DNA of 61,337 nucleotides, filler included, from Chiloscyllium plagiosum (taxonomy: Eukaryota): NCBI RefSeq assembly GCF_004010195.1. It is 5 parts of one record of this genome, joined end to end, with 100 filler letters (N's around TTAATTAATTAA, not from the genome) between each part and the next. Parts side by side here need not be neighbours in the genome. Positions count along the whole stretch, not along the records: positions 23,649 to 36,282 come from NC_057710.1; positions 36,383 to 58,345 come from NC_057710.1; 3 more parts are not named here. One strand, 5' to 3'. The notes below the pieces were generated by a model that saw only the letters and a program-made list of their open reading frames with translations, did no database searches and was not told the origin of the DNA. Shown in pieces: positions 36,077 through 47,864 of the stretch. Each line of letters opens with the position of its first letter. Positions within the stretch are counted from its first letter, which is position 1. A program made the position numbers and the translations under genes.

Positions 36077-38110
36077 ACGAGCTGAAAATGTGTTGCTGGA
36101 AAAGCGCAGCAGGTCAGGCAGCATCCAAGGAGCAGGAGAATCGAGGTTTCGGGCATAAGCCCTTCTTCAGGAATGAGGAAAGTGTGCCCAGCAGGCTAAG
36201 ATAAAAGGTAGGGAGGAGGGACTTGGGGGAGGGGCGTTGGAAATGTGATAGGTGGAAGGAGGTCAAGGTGAGGGTGATAGGCNNNNNNNNNNNNNNNNNN
36301 NNNNNNNNNNNNNNNNNNNNNNNNNNTTAATTAATTAANNNNNNNNNNNNNNNNNNNNNNNNNNNNNNNNNNNNNNNNNNNNAAGGGAAATTGCGGTCTC
36401 TAAAGAAGGAGGCCATCTGGTGTGTTCTGTGGTGGAACTGGTCCTCCTGGGAGCAGATCCGGCGGAGGTGGAGGAATTGGGATTATGGGATGGCATTTTT
36501 GCAGGAGGTAGAGTTGGAAGAGGTATAATCCAAGTAGCTGTGGGAGTTGGTGGGTTTGTAAAAAATGTTGGTGTCAAGTTGGTGGTCATTAATGGAGATG
36601 GAGAGGTCCAGGAAGGGGAGCGGGGTGTCAGAGATGGTCCAGGTAAATTTAAGGTCAGGGTGGAATGTGTTGGTGAAGTTGATGAATTGCTCAACCTCCT
36701 CACGGGAGCACGAGGTGGCACCAATACATTCATCAATGTAGCGGAGGAAGAGGTGGGGAGTGGTGCCGGTGTAATTACAGAAGATGGACTGTTCTATGTA
36801 GCCAACAAAGAGACAGGCATAGCTGGGGCCCATACGTGTGCCCATGGCTACCCCTTTAGTATGGAGGAAGTGTGAGGATTCGAAGGAGAAATTGTTAAGG
36901 ATGAGGACCAGTTCAGCCAAACGAATGAGAGTGTCGGTGGAAGGGTACTGTTGGGGATGTCGGGAGAGGAAGAAACGGAGGGCTTGGCCAGGTCATGGCG
37001 GATTGAGGTGTAGAGGGATTGGATATCCATGGTGAAGATAAGGCGCTGGGGGCCAGGAAAACGTACGTCTTGGAGAAGGTGGAGGGCATGGGTGGTTTCT
37101 CGAACATATGTGGGGAGTTCCTGGACTAAGGGGGGATAGGACAGTGTCGAGGTAGGTAGAGATGACTTCAGTGGGGCAGGAGCATGCTGAGACAATGGGT
37201 CGGCCAGGGTGGTCAGGCTTGTGGATCTTGGGAAGGAGGTAGAACCAGGCGGTGTGGGGTTCCCGGACTATGAGGTTGGAAGCTGTGGGTGGGAGATCTC
37301 CTGAGGTGATGAGGTTCTGTATGGTTTGGTGATGGAGGGTGGGGTCATTGTCGAGGGGGCGGCAGAAGGAGGTGTCTTCGAGTTGGTGTCTGGCTTCAGC
37401 GGTGTAGCGGTCAGTGCGCCAGTCTACCACTGTGCCCCCTTTATCTGCTGGTTTGATGTGAGGTTGGGATTGGAGCAGAGGGAGTGGAGGGCTGCGCATT
37501 GTGAAGGCAAGAGATTGGAGTGGGGGAGGTGGGTAGACAGGTTGAGGCGGTTACTGTCCCGGTGGCAGTTGGAAAGGAAGAGGTCAAGGGTGGGTAATAG
37601 GCCAGCACGGGGTGTCCAGGTGTTTGAGGCAGGCGAAGGGATCCTCAGAAGGTGGGTGGGAGTCCTGATTGTAAAAGTAAGCTCGGAAGTGGAGGCGGCG
37701 GAACAAGTGTTTGACGTCACGGCGTGTATTAAATTAATTTACGTGTGGGCGGAGGGGGATGAAGGTGCGTCCTTTGCTGGGATGGTAAAAACTCAGCAGG
37801 GCTGGGAGCTAGGGCCTGGTGGAGATGTGGAGCTGGGAGTGGGGGTGGAGCCTGTAACTGAACTGGGTGTGGTGGTGGGGGGAATGGGGGTAGAATCAAG
37901 AGCAGGGGTGGTGTTCCCCTTAGGGTTCTGGGGGAGCAGGGATGGTGACAGTGGGATCTGTGAGGGGCGTGTCCGCAGAATGCAGGTGAGTGGTGTTGGT
38001 GGGGGTGGAAGTGGTGGCAAACACAGGGGGGGGGGGGGGGGGGGAAGTCACTGAGCGTGTGATATCAGCGATGATGTGAGGGGCGGAAGTGAGATCACGT
38101 GTGGTGCATG
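36077..38110 (-). mobile_element. Penelope-like element family A: N-terminal region, RT and 3' terminal repeat (gap inside)
   Basis: [60 protein letters not shown] and LPFLDL. Terminal repeat with hammerhead at 36138-36175. Confidence 0.93.
36283..36382. other. Artificial scaffold spacer
   Basis: N44-TTAATTAATTAA-N44. Confidence 0.97.
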
Positions 38111-38137
38111 AGGAATTGTAAGGGTACTCTATGCTAC

Positions 38138-38293
38138 TTTGTCCTCACCCCCACCCCACCTCTCATTTATCTCTCCACCCTGTAGGCACTCTGCCTCTAT
38201 TCCTGATGAAGGGCTTTTGCCCGAAACATTGATTTTCCTGCTCCTTGGATGGTGCCTAAACTGCTGTGCTTTTCCAGCACTACTCTAATCTAG
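38138..38293 (+). mobile_element. Penelope family A terminal repeat in inverted orientation at the element's 5' end
   Basis: Similar to 1-150. CTGATGA-A-GGGC-TTTT-GCCC-GAAA at 38203-38226. Confidence 0.82.
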
Positions 38294-38711
38294 TATCCAG
38301 TTGTAGTACTGAAGACCTGTGCTCCAGATCAAGCTGTTCCATTGTAGCTGCAGCACTGCCATAGAGATAGTTTCTAATCAACCTGTTCAGAGATGTTATT
38401 ACATACTTCTGGACAAAGTGGAGCTTTAACCAGGGATTCCAAGTTCTGAGGTAAGGAAACTACCGTAGCACTTCAAGAACCTCCTCTAACACGAGCATAC
38501 GTGTGTCATTGGGCGGGCTCTTGCCTGGTGCTCATCCACTCCCGCATGCTTTCTTTGTTTTTTTATACTTCTGCTCTTTTCTTTCATTGTTTTTCCAATT
38601 TTGTTTTTCTTAATTTTGGAGCCTTTTGCAGTGGGTTAGTTGGCAAACATAGCATGGCAACTAGAGTATGCTAAGCGCAGGATGGTGACCCCCTGGCGGA
38701 CAGAGGCAGTA

Positions 38712-40047
38712 GAATCATAGAACCATCATAAAATCCCTGCAGTGTGGAAACAGGCCTCTTTGGCCCAACAAGTCATTTATATAAATGATTTTGATATGAG
38801 CGTAACAGGTAAAGTTAGTAAGTTTGCAGATGACACCAAAATTGGAGGTGTAGTGGTCAACGACGAAGGTTACCTCTGATTACAACGAGATTTTCATCAC
38901 TTGGGTCAATGGGCTGAGAAGTGGCGGATGGACTTTACTTCAGATAAATGCAAGGTGCTGCATTTTGGGAAAGCAAATCTCAGCAGGACTTCTACACTTA
39001 ATGGTAAGGTCCTAGGGTGTGTTGCTGAAGAAAGAGATTTTGGAGTGCAGGTTCATAGCTCCTTGAAAGTGGAATCGCAGGTAGATAGGATCATGAAGAA
39101 GGCGTTTGGTATGCTTTCCTTTATTGGTCAGAGTATTGAGTACAGGAGTTGGGAGGTCATGTTGCAGCTGTACAGGACATTGGTTAGGCCACTGTTGGAA
39201 TATTGTGTGCAGTTCTGGTCTCCTTCCTATCGGAAAGATGTTGTGAAACTTGAAAGGGTTCAGTAAAGATTTACAAGGATGTTGCTAGGGTTGGAGGATT
39301 TGAGCTATAGGGAGAGATTGAGTAGGCTAGTGCTATTTTCCCTGGAGTGTCAGAGGTTGAGGGGTGACCTTGTAGAGATTTATAAAATCATGAGGGGCAT
39401 GAATAGGATAAATAGACAAGGTCTTTTCCCGAGGGGTGGGGGAATCCAGAACTAGAGGGCATAGATTTAGAGTAAGAGGGGAAAGATATGAATGAGATCT
39501 AAGGGGCAACTTTTTCATACAGAGGGTGGTACGTGTACGGAATGAGCTGCCAGGGGAAGTGGTGGAGGTTAGTACAATTGCAACACTTAAAAGGCATCTG
39601 AATGAGTATATGAATAGGAAGGGTTTGGAGGAATATGGGCCGGGTGCTGGCAAGTGGGACTAGTTTAGGTTGGGATATTTGATTGGCATGGACGAGTTGG
39701 ACCGAAGAGTCTGTTTCTGTGCTGTATACCTCTATGACTCTATGTCCACACCGACCCTCCAAAGAGTAACCCACCTCGACCCATTACCCTACACTATTAT
39801 TCTACATTTCCCTGACTTATGCAACTAACCTACACACCCCTGATCACAATGGTCAATTTAGCATGGCCAATTCACCTGATCTGCTCATCTTTGGAATGTG
39901 GGAGGAAACTAGAGCACCCGGAGGAAATCCACACAAACACAGGGAGAATGTGCAAACTCCACACAAACAATCACCCGAGGCTGGAATCGAACCTGGGTTT
40001 CTGGCGCTGCGAGGCAGCAGTGCTAACCACTGAGCCACTGTGCCACT
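38712..40047 (-). mobile_element. HE1-type SINE split by a CR1 insertion
   Basis: 3' part at 38712-38774 and 5' part at 39744-40047; aacaagtc|...|gtccacaccg rejoins the SINE. Confidence 0.85.
38775..39743 (+). mobile_element. CR1 (HER1-like) 3' fragment nested in the HE1 SINE
   Basis: [18 protein letters not shown] and a ctctatgactctatg tail. Confidence 0.93.
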
Positions 40048-40570
40048 GTGGCAGCAGCAATAAGGACATCCTCCTGGCGTTCGAGCGTGATGGCATCAGC
40101 GATAGCAAATCTCCTCCAGCGATTGGAAATGGCAGCAAGGATTTCAAGATGGTTTTACCAACAATGGTGGGTAGCTGGAGTGGGACTCTTGGCAAGACAG
40201 TGGCCTGGACTGGCAGCAAAGCCAGGGAGCCTTGGTTGCAGTAGGCCCATAGTGGGGATTTCTGTCATCATCGAGGTGCCAGCAGAGCTGGGGATTCCTG
40301 GTTGCAGGGCAAGTATGGTTTCAGCATAGGAACAGACAACAGCAGCGAATGGGAGAAGTGCCCCCTGCAGCAAAGGCAAGGGACTGATAGAGTGGCGACT
40401 GCCAAGTTGGTGGCCCTGCACAGGTGCAGGGAGGCAGAGGACAAGGGCTGGTGGTGCAGGTATCATTGGTGAGCCAGCTCAGGGAAGAGAAACTCTCTTT
40501 CAGTTATACTTTTTTGTCCTTAAACTATTCCCTTTCAGTTGTATATTTAATCCTTTTTATTCTTAAACTA

Positions 40571-40779
40571 CAGGTCATTCTGCAGTGACATGTGTTTCAC
40601 TCACAAAAATTTGCTATACCATGATTGACAAATTGGAGACACTGTTCCTAAAGTGCAAAGTTTTAACATGTGTATTGCTTATAATGTGATTCCAGCACCA
40701 TTAGTTTAAATGGTGCTGTGATTACACAGGTTTCTTATACGGGAGTGCATGAACTATTGTATTATAGCAGAACTGACTG
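40571..40779. mobile_element. Tc1/mariner-type MITE
   Basis: TA at 40569-70 and 40780-81. Imperfect TIRs caggtcattctgc / gcagaactgactg. Internal palindrome cagcaccat...atggtgctg. Confidence 0.7.
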
Positions 40780-40919
40780 TATTCAAAATGGCATTGGATT
40801 GTGGTGACTGTTAATACTATTCACTGTATTTTATTGTACTATTCATTTTAAGATGCAAATGATAACAAATAAATCATTCAACAACAAATAAACTGGCTCA
40901 GGTGACTTTCGTCTACAAA

Positions 40920-41530
40920 CACAGGACAATCTCACTCAGCCAATTATCAGTCCCCATTAGCCCATTCTTGATCCTCAGGAAAGTGATGGAAGCGATTGTC
41001 AGTAGTGCTATCAAATGGCTATGACTCTGTAATAACCTGCTCACTGATGCTCCATTTGGATTCTATGATATGTTCTAACTCATAACAGAGCTGACTTGAA
41101 GGGGACCTTCCATTTGGTGTTTCCCATTCATTGACTGCCCTTGCCAATTGAACAACTAAAGGTATGTGTTAAAAGGTGTTTTCAAGCCTCTTGGGGAGTT
41201 ACTACAGTTCATAACATAAATGATGCACAGTACAGGACAGAGTGAATGCTTATGGTGTCAATCAAGTTGTCTGTTTTCCTCCAAATGGTGTTGGGACCCT
41301 TGAGTGTTTTAAAGATACACACGTACAGGTGAAAGAAATGTATTCCAGTAACCTGCTGAATTGCGCTTGGTGGATGGTGGACAGGTTTTGGATGGGCAGG
41401 AGGTGAGTTACTCAGCCTCTGCCCCACTCTTGTAGCTACAATACTTATGTGATGCATTGAGTTAAGTTTCTGGTTAAGGGTGATCTTGGTTTTGGTGATG
41501 GTTGATTCATCAATGATAATGAAATTGAAC
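40920..41530. mobile_element. CR1/L2-group LINE (family B) fragments in both orientations
   Basis: 40920-41085 (+) and 41090-41530 (-) are homologous to 28816-30548. Confidence 0.6.
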
Positions 41531-41711
41531 GCTCAGACTTGTGAGTGTGTTGCATTTCATTAAATTGGTTGTGCCTGATTTTTGATGAAGCACGCAGCCT
41601 TCTTTTTGTACTAATTTCTGAACATTTCCAGTGTTAGTTCTTCAATAGCCTTTTAAGTTGTCTGCTGGATGGAAAATGGAGCAGAGGCTGCACAGAGGGA
41701 AAACTCCATAC

Positions 41712-41846
41712 CATTCTCTCTGCCAAGTTGGACCTGATTTGCTCCACTTTCCTTGGCAGTGTCAGACGTTTGTCTGGCAGGTCAGCCCAACTAGCTAGCA
41801 GTTCATTATATATATGTCTAATACTTTCCTGTATTGAGGTCCCCAC
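41712..41846 (-). other. Candidate 135-nt phase 0-0 exon
   Basis: ctcag|GTG...ATG|gtatgg; open frame VGTSIQESIRHIYNELLASWADLPDKRLTLPRKVEQIRSNLAERM. Weak acceptor and no homologue recognised. Confidence 0.2.
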
Positions 41847-41986
41847 CTGAGTCCATGGTAGCAGAATTTATCTGCAATCTCTCATTTCAGTGAGCTGTCA
41901 AATTACCCATCTTTTACTTCAGGACTGTTGAAGGCACAAATGAGCCTGCAATAATAATCATTTGCTGATCTAAACTTGATACTCAC

Positions 41987-42018
41987 TTCAAATGTAGTGT
42001 CAATATCTGATCCAGTAC
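41987..42018 (-). other. Candidate 32-nt mini-exon
   Basis: tctaatgcttgcag|GTACTGGATCAGATATTGACACTACATTTGAA|gtgagta. Confidence 0.25.
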
Positions 42019-42289
42019 CTGCAAGCATTAGATCAAATGACGTGAGGCTGAAATTCCATTTACTTTTCAAGCTGCTGTGAGTGAGCAGATATAAGTACTT
42101 GGATGTCTGTTTGAGGCCTTCAGCATACTTCCATCAGTGTGACTACCGCTTTAATCTTCATTATTTCAACCCACATGATCTGATTTGTCTCATATATCAT
42201 CCTAAATTCATTTTACGTTTGCATACTTACTTAATAAACACTTTGCAAGCTGGCAAAGAAATCTCAACATCTGAACCATACAAATGAAG

Positions 42290-42975
42290 AAATTGACCAT
42301 CTCCAGCATGGGAAATCTGGTCAGCACTGTTTGATGCGCAATAATATTGCCAGCACTGAATATCAAGATCCGGAATGTTACCAAAACCCAGAAACTGAGT
42401 TGGACCAGCCACATAATTGCTGCAGCTATCAGAGCAGGTCAGAGGCTAGGAATTCTGCACCAAATAAGCCACTTACTGTCTTCAAATTCTGGTCCACCAT
42501 TTACAAAACACAAGTCAGGAATAGTCTCCACTTGCTTGGACAGGCACAATTCCACCAACACTCAAGGCATTTGATACCAACCAGGACAAAGCAAACTGCC
42601 TGAATGACATCACATCCAACACTTTCAATGTCTCCTTCCTTCACCACCAATGCACATTATAAATTGCCCCACAGTAACTTAAGTCAACAGCACCTTCCAA
42701 ACCTGCAACCTCTACCAACTAAAGGAGGAAGGACAGTAGGTGTATGGGAACACCACCAACTCCAAGTCGCATCCCATCCTGGCTTGGAACGATCGCACCA
42801 CTCCTTCACTGTTGTTGGATCAGTATCCTGGAACTCCCTTAGCAACTGTCTTATGGGTGTTCCTACACCTCAAAGGCGTCAATGGTTCTAAAAGGCAGCT
42901 CATCTCAACTCTGCAAGGCAATTAGGGAATGCCAATAAATGCTGACATTGTCAGTGATACGCACATCCCAGTAAC
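42290..42975 (+). mobile_element. CR1/L2-group LINE (family B) 3' end
   Basis: QKLSWTSHI...RAGQRLGIL, followed by the family tail gggcaattaggg...aataaatgctg. Confidence 0.8.
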
Positions 42976-43249
42976 TCAAAAAGGCACTCCTATAGTCTGT
43001 TTACTTTATGATGATAACATAGGTCCATGAAGGTTAAAGCACACATAGTGTGTCAACATGAATATTAAGATTGCATTTTCATTGATGGTAACAGGACCAT
43101 TCCTTTATTTTAGTAATCATAAATCCAGTGTTGCACATCTGTTCACCAATTTGCTATCTGTAAAATTACTAATGTATTAAGCAACATTGGAATAAGAGGA
43201 AAAAAAACAGACTGTGTAAATGTAAATGTTTATTTCATCCAAAGAATGA

Positions 43250-44250
43250 TTGACATAGAAAGAGATCGCTCAGGGATCAATGCTGGGGCCGTTGTTGTCT
43301 ACAATATGTATATGTTATTGAAAAGTGGGGGCAGAAACAAAAATCTCCAATCGGTAAATGATATAAATTTGAAAAGAAAAATCAGCCAACCAGAAACAAG
43401 CAATCAAGTCTAAAAAAGATTTGGCGTTTAAGTAGCTGGGCTGGTGCTTATGAAATGTGTAAATAAATGGCAAATTTAGAGATAGAGAAAAGATTAATAA
43501 GGAGTGACAGCATAAACTAAATGATGTTATATACAGAGTGTAGTGATTGGAATGAGGTCAGCCAGCTGGACCTCATAGAATATGAGTTCCCTGATTCGGG
43601 CTGATAACCTGGTCCAATAAGGGAATCCTGGCTGACAGATATAAACAGGAGTGTCAGATGTTCTGCTCACTGTAGGAGCTGACTGTATGCTAGCTAGGTC
43701 AGTCTCATGTACTATCTACATGTTAATAAAGGGTTACTTGGTGACGGCATACAGACCTACATGGAATTATTTCACAGACTGTTACATAGAAAGGTACATC
43801 AATCACTGAAATCAAGCAGCAACACAGAAAGAGTAAGCATTTTGTAGGCTATATAGTTAAATGAGTTGAATAAATTGAGTATAGTTGGTATATTGTCACT
43901 TTCCTGAACTGCTTTGAGCAATTCTGATAGTTATGAGAAGGAGAAGTTTATGAAGGTAGACACCAGTGTTATGAAGCTGCTATGTTTATACCAGAAAATT
44001 AGACAAACAGAGTTCATATTGTTGAAGTGTCCATTATTAAAAATTACTAACTAGATAACTATGTTTAACACAGTTATAGGCTCCATTCAAGAGTGCAGCC
44101 TCGAACTAAATGTGTGATAGTGACAAGATCATTTGAATTTCCTAACTTTAGACAAAAGGAGGTAAACGTATACAATGGGCCACGAAGGAAGAAAGTGGAT
44201 GCTGATTGTAAAGTTAAATTCAAGAGGTTTTGAATACATATTTAAATAAG
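43250..44250 (+). mobile_element. Very old CR1 fragment hosting a solo LTR
   Basis: ctcagggatcaatgctggggccgttgttg (QGSMLGPLL) and scattered CR1 similarity. Confidence 0.45.
43539..43774 (+). mobile_element. 236-bp solo LTR
   Basis: TG...CA ends, 5-bp TSD cagag/cagac (1 mismatch), TATAAA near 43640 and AATAAA near 43725. Confidence 0.75.
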
Positions 44251-45231
44251 CCTAAAAGAGAATTTCCTTGCAGAGTCTGAAAAGCATTATGCCATCCTAT
44301 ATTTTGCAGACATTGCGACTGTAAATTGGGCCACAAAGATCATCTATATTTCTATATAAATCTTGGGTTTAAGTGGAAATGTGCTATTTTTTACAAGAGC
44401 ACAATGTAAGAGCTTGGTTACACAATCCCCTTCAAGTGGCAAGACTGAGTCTGACATTTCTCTGTCAAACATTACCTGTCAATTATAATGACTTGGATGA
44501 GGCAATACAGAGGGGCAGTAAACATCTCCCATAAAGGAGCAAATGGCCAGAGAAAATGGACACAATTGGCAAGAAAACATGTTGGAAGAAATCATCGCAA
44601 GTAAATCCAAGTCAAAGCTGCTGTGCACAAGAAAATGGTGGAGGAAATTTAGCTTCCTGCATCACTAAATATGTGAAGCATCATGCAGTGCTGAACAATT
44701 TACTTTACACAGGCCAGTAGTCATTTCAGTGTTTTGGCACTTTTATGTGTTTTTGTTTTGAAAAGTAATATTTCACTGTGAATGTTTAACAGTTGATACA
44801 AGCAATCTTGGTTCTTACCTTCAGAACCTATCAGTGGGAATGTCAATGACAATGAAAGGCCAAAATTATGACAGCTATGGAAGTAAAGCTGATGTGTAAT
44901 GCCTTTTTTCCAGTGCTTGAATGTAGTTGTTGCTCCCTTGACAAACATAGATCAAGCTAATATCATGGATCTTGTCAGTAGCATCTGTTCAGCTGTCATT
45001 TTGTAAAATCACTCCATAAATATGTAATTCCCATGGGACCCAAAAACACCAGAACACCATCTTCTGCAGATAGATGGAATATCCTGTACTGGAGTGATTG
45101 TCAACAACTGACTTAACCTTCAAATCCATTATGCAGTAGTTAATGCAGAAACCAAAAGAAGCCATGGCCCATGTCAGGGTAGTTTACTTTTCTAGAGATA
45201 GAGTAAGATGCTACTGTTAGGGTTCACCTCC

Positions 45232-47088
45232 TACAAACATACAAACGTCCAAGTTAGGAGTAGGAACAGGCTTGAGGTGATCTGATTGTAACTTCAGTTC
45301 CACATTCCTGGCTACTGCAATAACATTTCTAGCCCTTGCTTAACAATTGGTCTACTTTTGCCTTAAAAATGTTCAAGGGCTCTGCTTCCACCACATTTTC
45401 AGGGAAAGAATTTAAAAGATTGAGAGAGAAAATATCCTAACTTCTGTTTCTAGAGGGCAATCCATGATTTTAAATAGTGATTCCTTGATTTAGGTTGTCC
45501 CATAAGAGGAAATGCTTTCTCCACAATAACCATGTCAAGACCCCTCAATATCTAATGTTTCAACCAAGTCACCCTTCACTCTTCTAAACTCCAGCAGATA
45601 AAAGCCTGGACTATTCCTCCTTTCCCCATAAGGTAATTTAGCTATTCCAAATGTGAGACGATTAAACTGTTTCCAACACAGTTATATTCTTCCTTATAAA
45701 GGCCTACAACACAGTTACATCCTTTCTTATGAGCGTAGTCAATATTGTATATTATACTCCAGATGCAGTCTTACCAGTGCCCAATATAACTGGAACATGA
45801 CTTCTCTATTTCTGTATTAAATTCCCCTTGTAATAAATGGTATTGCTTGAATAACTTTCCTAATTATTTGTGTACTATGTACTAACCTTTTGTAATTTAT
45901 GCACAAAGGCACCCAAATCTATCTGCATCTCAGTGCTCTACAATCTCTGACAATTGAGAAATATTTTTATTATTCCTGTCAAATTTCACATTTTCCCACA
46001 TTTTACATTATTTGCCAAATCTTTACTCACTCTCTTAACCTCTCTGTATCCTTTTATAACCTCATTATTTCCTCTTCACAAATTATATTTCCACGTATCT
46101 AGTGTTATGAGCAAATTTGGCAACTTGCCCTTCTTTGAAGTCATTTAAGTGGTATGCAAACAGTTGAATTCACAATACCGATCTCTGTAGTTCAATACTT
46201 ATCACTCCTTGTGAACATGAAAAAGACCCATTTTGCTTTCTCTTTGCTTCCTGTTAGCCAGGTAATCTTCTATATATTCCAGATGCTACTGTACACATTA
46301 TGAGCTTTTACCTTCTGCAATAATCTTTAATGTGCCACTTTACCAAACACTTACTGGAAATCTAAGTACAATGCATCATCTGGTTTCCCTTTATCTATAG
46401 CAAATCTTAACTCCTCAAAGAACTCCAATACATTGGTCAAGCATGATTTCCCTTTCACAAAACGCTATTGACTCTTCCTGATTACTTTGAACCTATCCGC
46501 ATGTTCTGTTATATTTTCTTTAATAGCTTCTAATGTTTCCCTCTGACAGATGTTAAACTAACTGGCCTGCAGTTTACTATTTCTGTCTCCTTTCCTTTTT
46601 AAATGAAGGAGTTACATTCTCTGTCTTCTGATCTAATGGAACTGCTTCTGGGATGTTATTTTTATCCTCGAAAGCGAAGCCTGATGCAAAATAACTCAAT
46701 TCATCTGTCATTTCCTTATGTTCCATTATTAATTTTGTCATCTCACTTTCTATAGGAGCAATGCTCACTTTGTTACCTTTTCTTCTTTAACTATTAATAG
46801 AAATGTTCTGCTTTTATATCTCTGACTAGTTTTCTCTCATATTCAATTTTTTTCCCCTATTCATTCTTTGTTTTTTTGTATTCTGTCAAATCTTCTACCT
46901 GTACTTTTTATTTTAGTCTGATACTAATTTTCACATTTCGAGATAACCATGGATGCTTGGTCATTCCAAGGAATTTTGCTCACTGATTGGAATGTATCAA
47001 TTCTATGTATTCTAAAACATTCCCTTAAAATGTTTGCCACTGCATCTCTATTGATCTTTCATTTAACTTAATTGCCAAAGTACTTTAG
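45232..47088 (-). mobile_element. Old CR1 LINE
   Basis: Degenerate RT motifs (NVTPSFKKERRQK; tccaatacattggtcaagcatgatttccc on +) and a catacaaa-type tail. Confidence 0.75.
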
Positions 47089-47384
47089 CAGAACAATCAA
47101 ACATCATGCATGAATGCAGCAGGATTTTCTAATTAATACTTTAATTGGTTAGAGAACCACACTTAACACTTGATCAAATTCCTGGTAGACAGCACACATG
47201 GTTAATACAGACAGAGATGTGAACAATGTACTTCAAATTCAGAACATTGCTCTTTATACTGATCTACTATGTCACCAGTTATCTGAAGTAACATTCCAGT
47301 GAGCTCTCAGTTTGTCCTTTTTCTGAACCAAAGCTCGCTAGTCACAGGATGTAATTGTATAACTGGCCCTGTTTTAATCAAGCT

Positions 47385-47587
47385 AAAGTCAGAAGTCACA
47401 TAAGACCAGGTTATAGTCAAACAGGTTTATTTCAAATCACATGCTTTCGGAGTACTGCTCCTTCATCAGCTGAAGTCCTGATGAAGGAGCAGTGCTCTGA
47501 AAGCTTGTAATTAGACTATAATCAGGTGTTTTGTGACTTCTGACTTGTTTCACCCCAGTTCAACACCGGCACTTCCACATCATGGCC
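47385..47587. mobile_element. Family B fold-back mini-element with two divergent hammerhead motifs
   Basis: Inverted arms around tgaagt. Plus: CTGATGA-A-GGAGC-AGT-GCTCT-GAAA-GCTT. Minus: CTGATGA-A-GGAGC-AGT-ACTCC-GAAA-GCAT. Confidence 0.8.
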
Positions 47588-47864
47588 TCAATCGAACAAA
47601 AGGACCATGATGATTTTGCACCCCCTGAGCTGGTGAACATATCAGTGGGAGTGATGAGTTAATCAAGCAGGAGCACAAAAATCAGCTTCTTACCATTGAA
47701 TGAAACAGTTGTAAGTAAGCCTTTCCTCCTTAGAATGTGAAGCAATTTCTCACCAACCGGTTGCAAGACGCCTCAATACATGCACCTGCATCACATTAAT
47801 TGCACAACTCACTGGAAATAACTTCTGCTTTCCAATTAACTTCTTCCCAATTGACAGTTATGGC

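Noticed and set aside
38026..38044. Poly-G tracts (also ~23666 and ~27838) as functional G-quadruplex elements
   Set aside because: Homopolymer expansions within G-rich Penelope sequence, prone to sequencing error.
37326..38054. 242-aa Gly/Val-rich ORF as a novel gene
   Set aside because: Antisense shadow of the C-rich Penelope N-terminal region.
44480..44720. Myb/SANT-like Harbinger accessory protein remnant
   Set aside because: The similarity is limited to a few residues across frameshifts and cannot be supported without a search.
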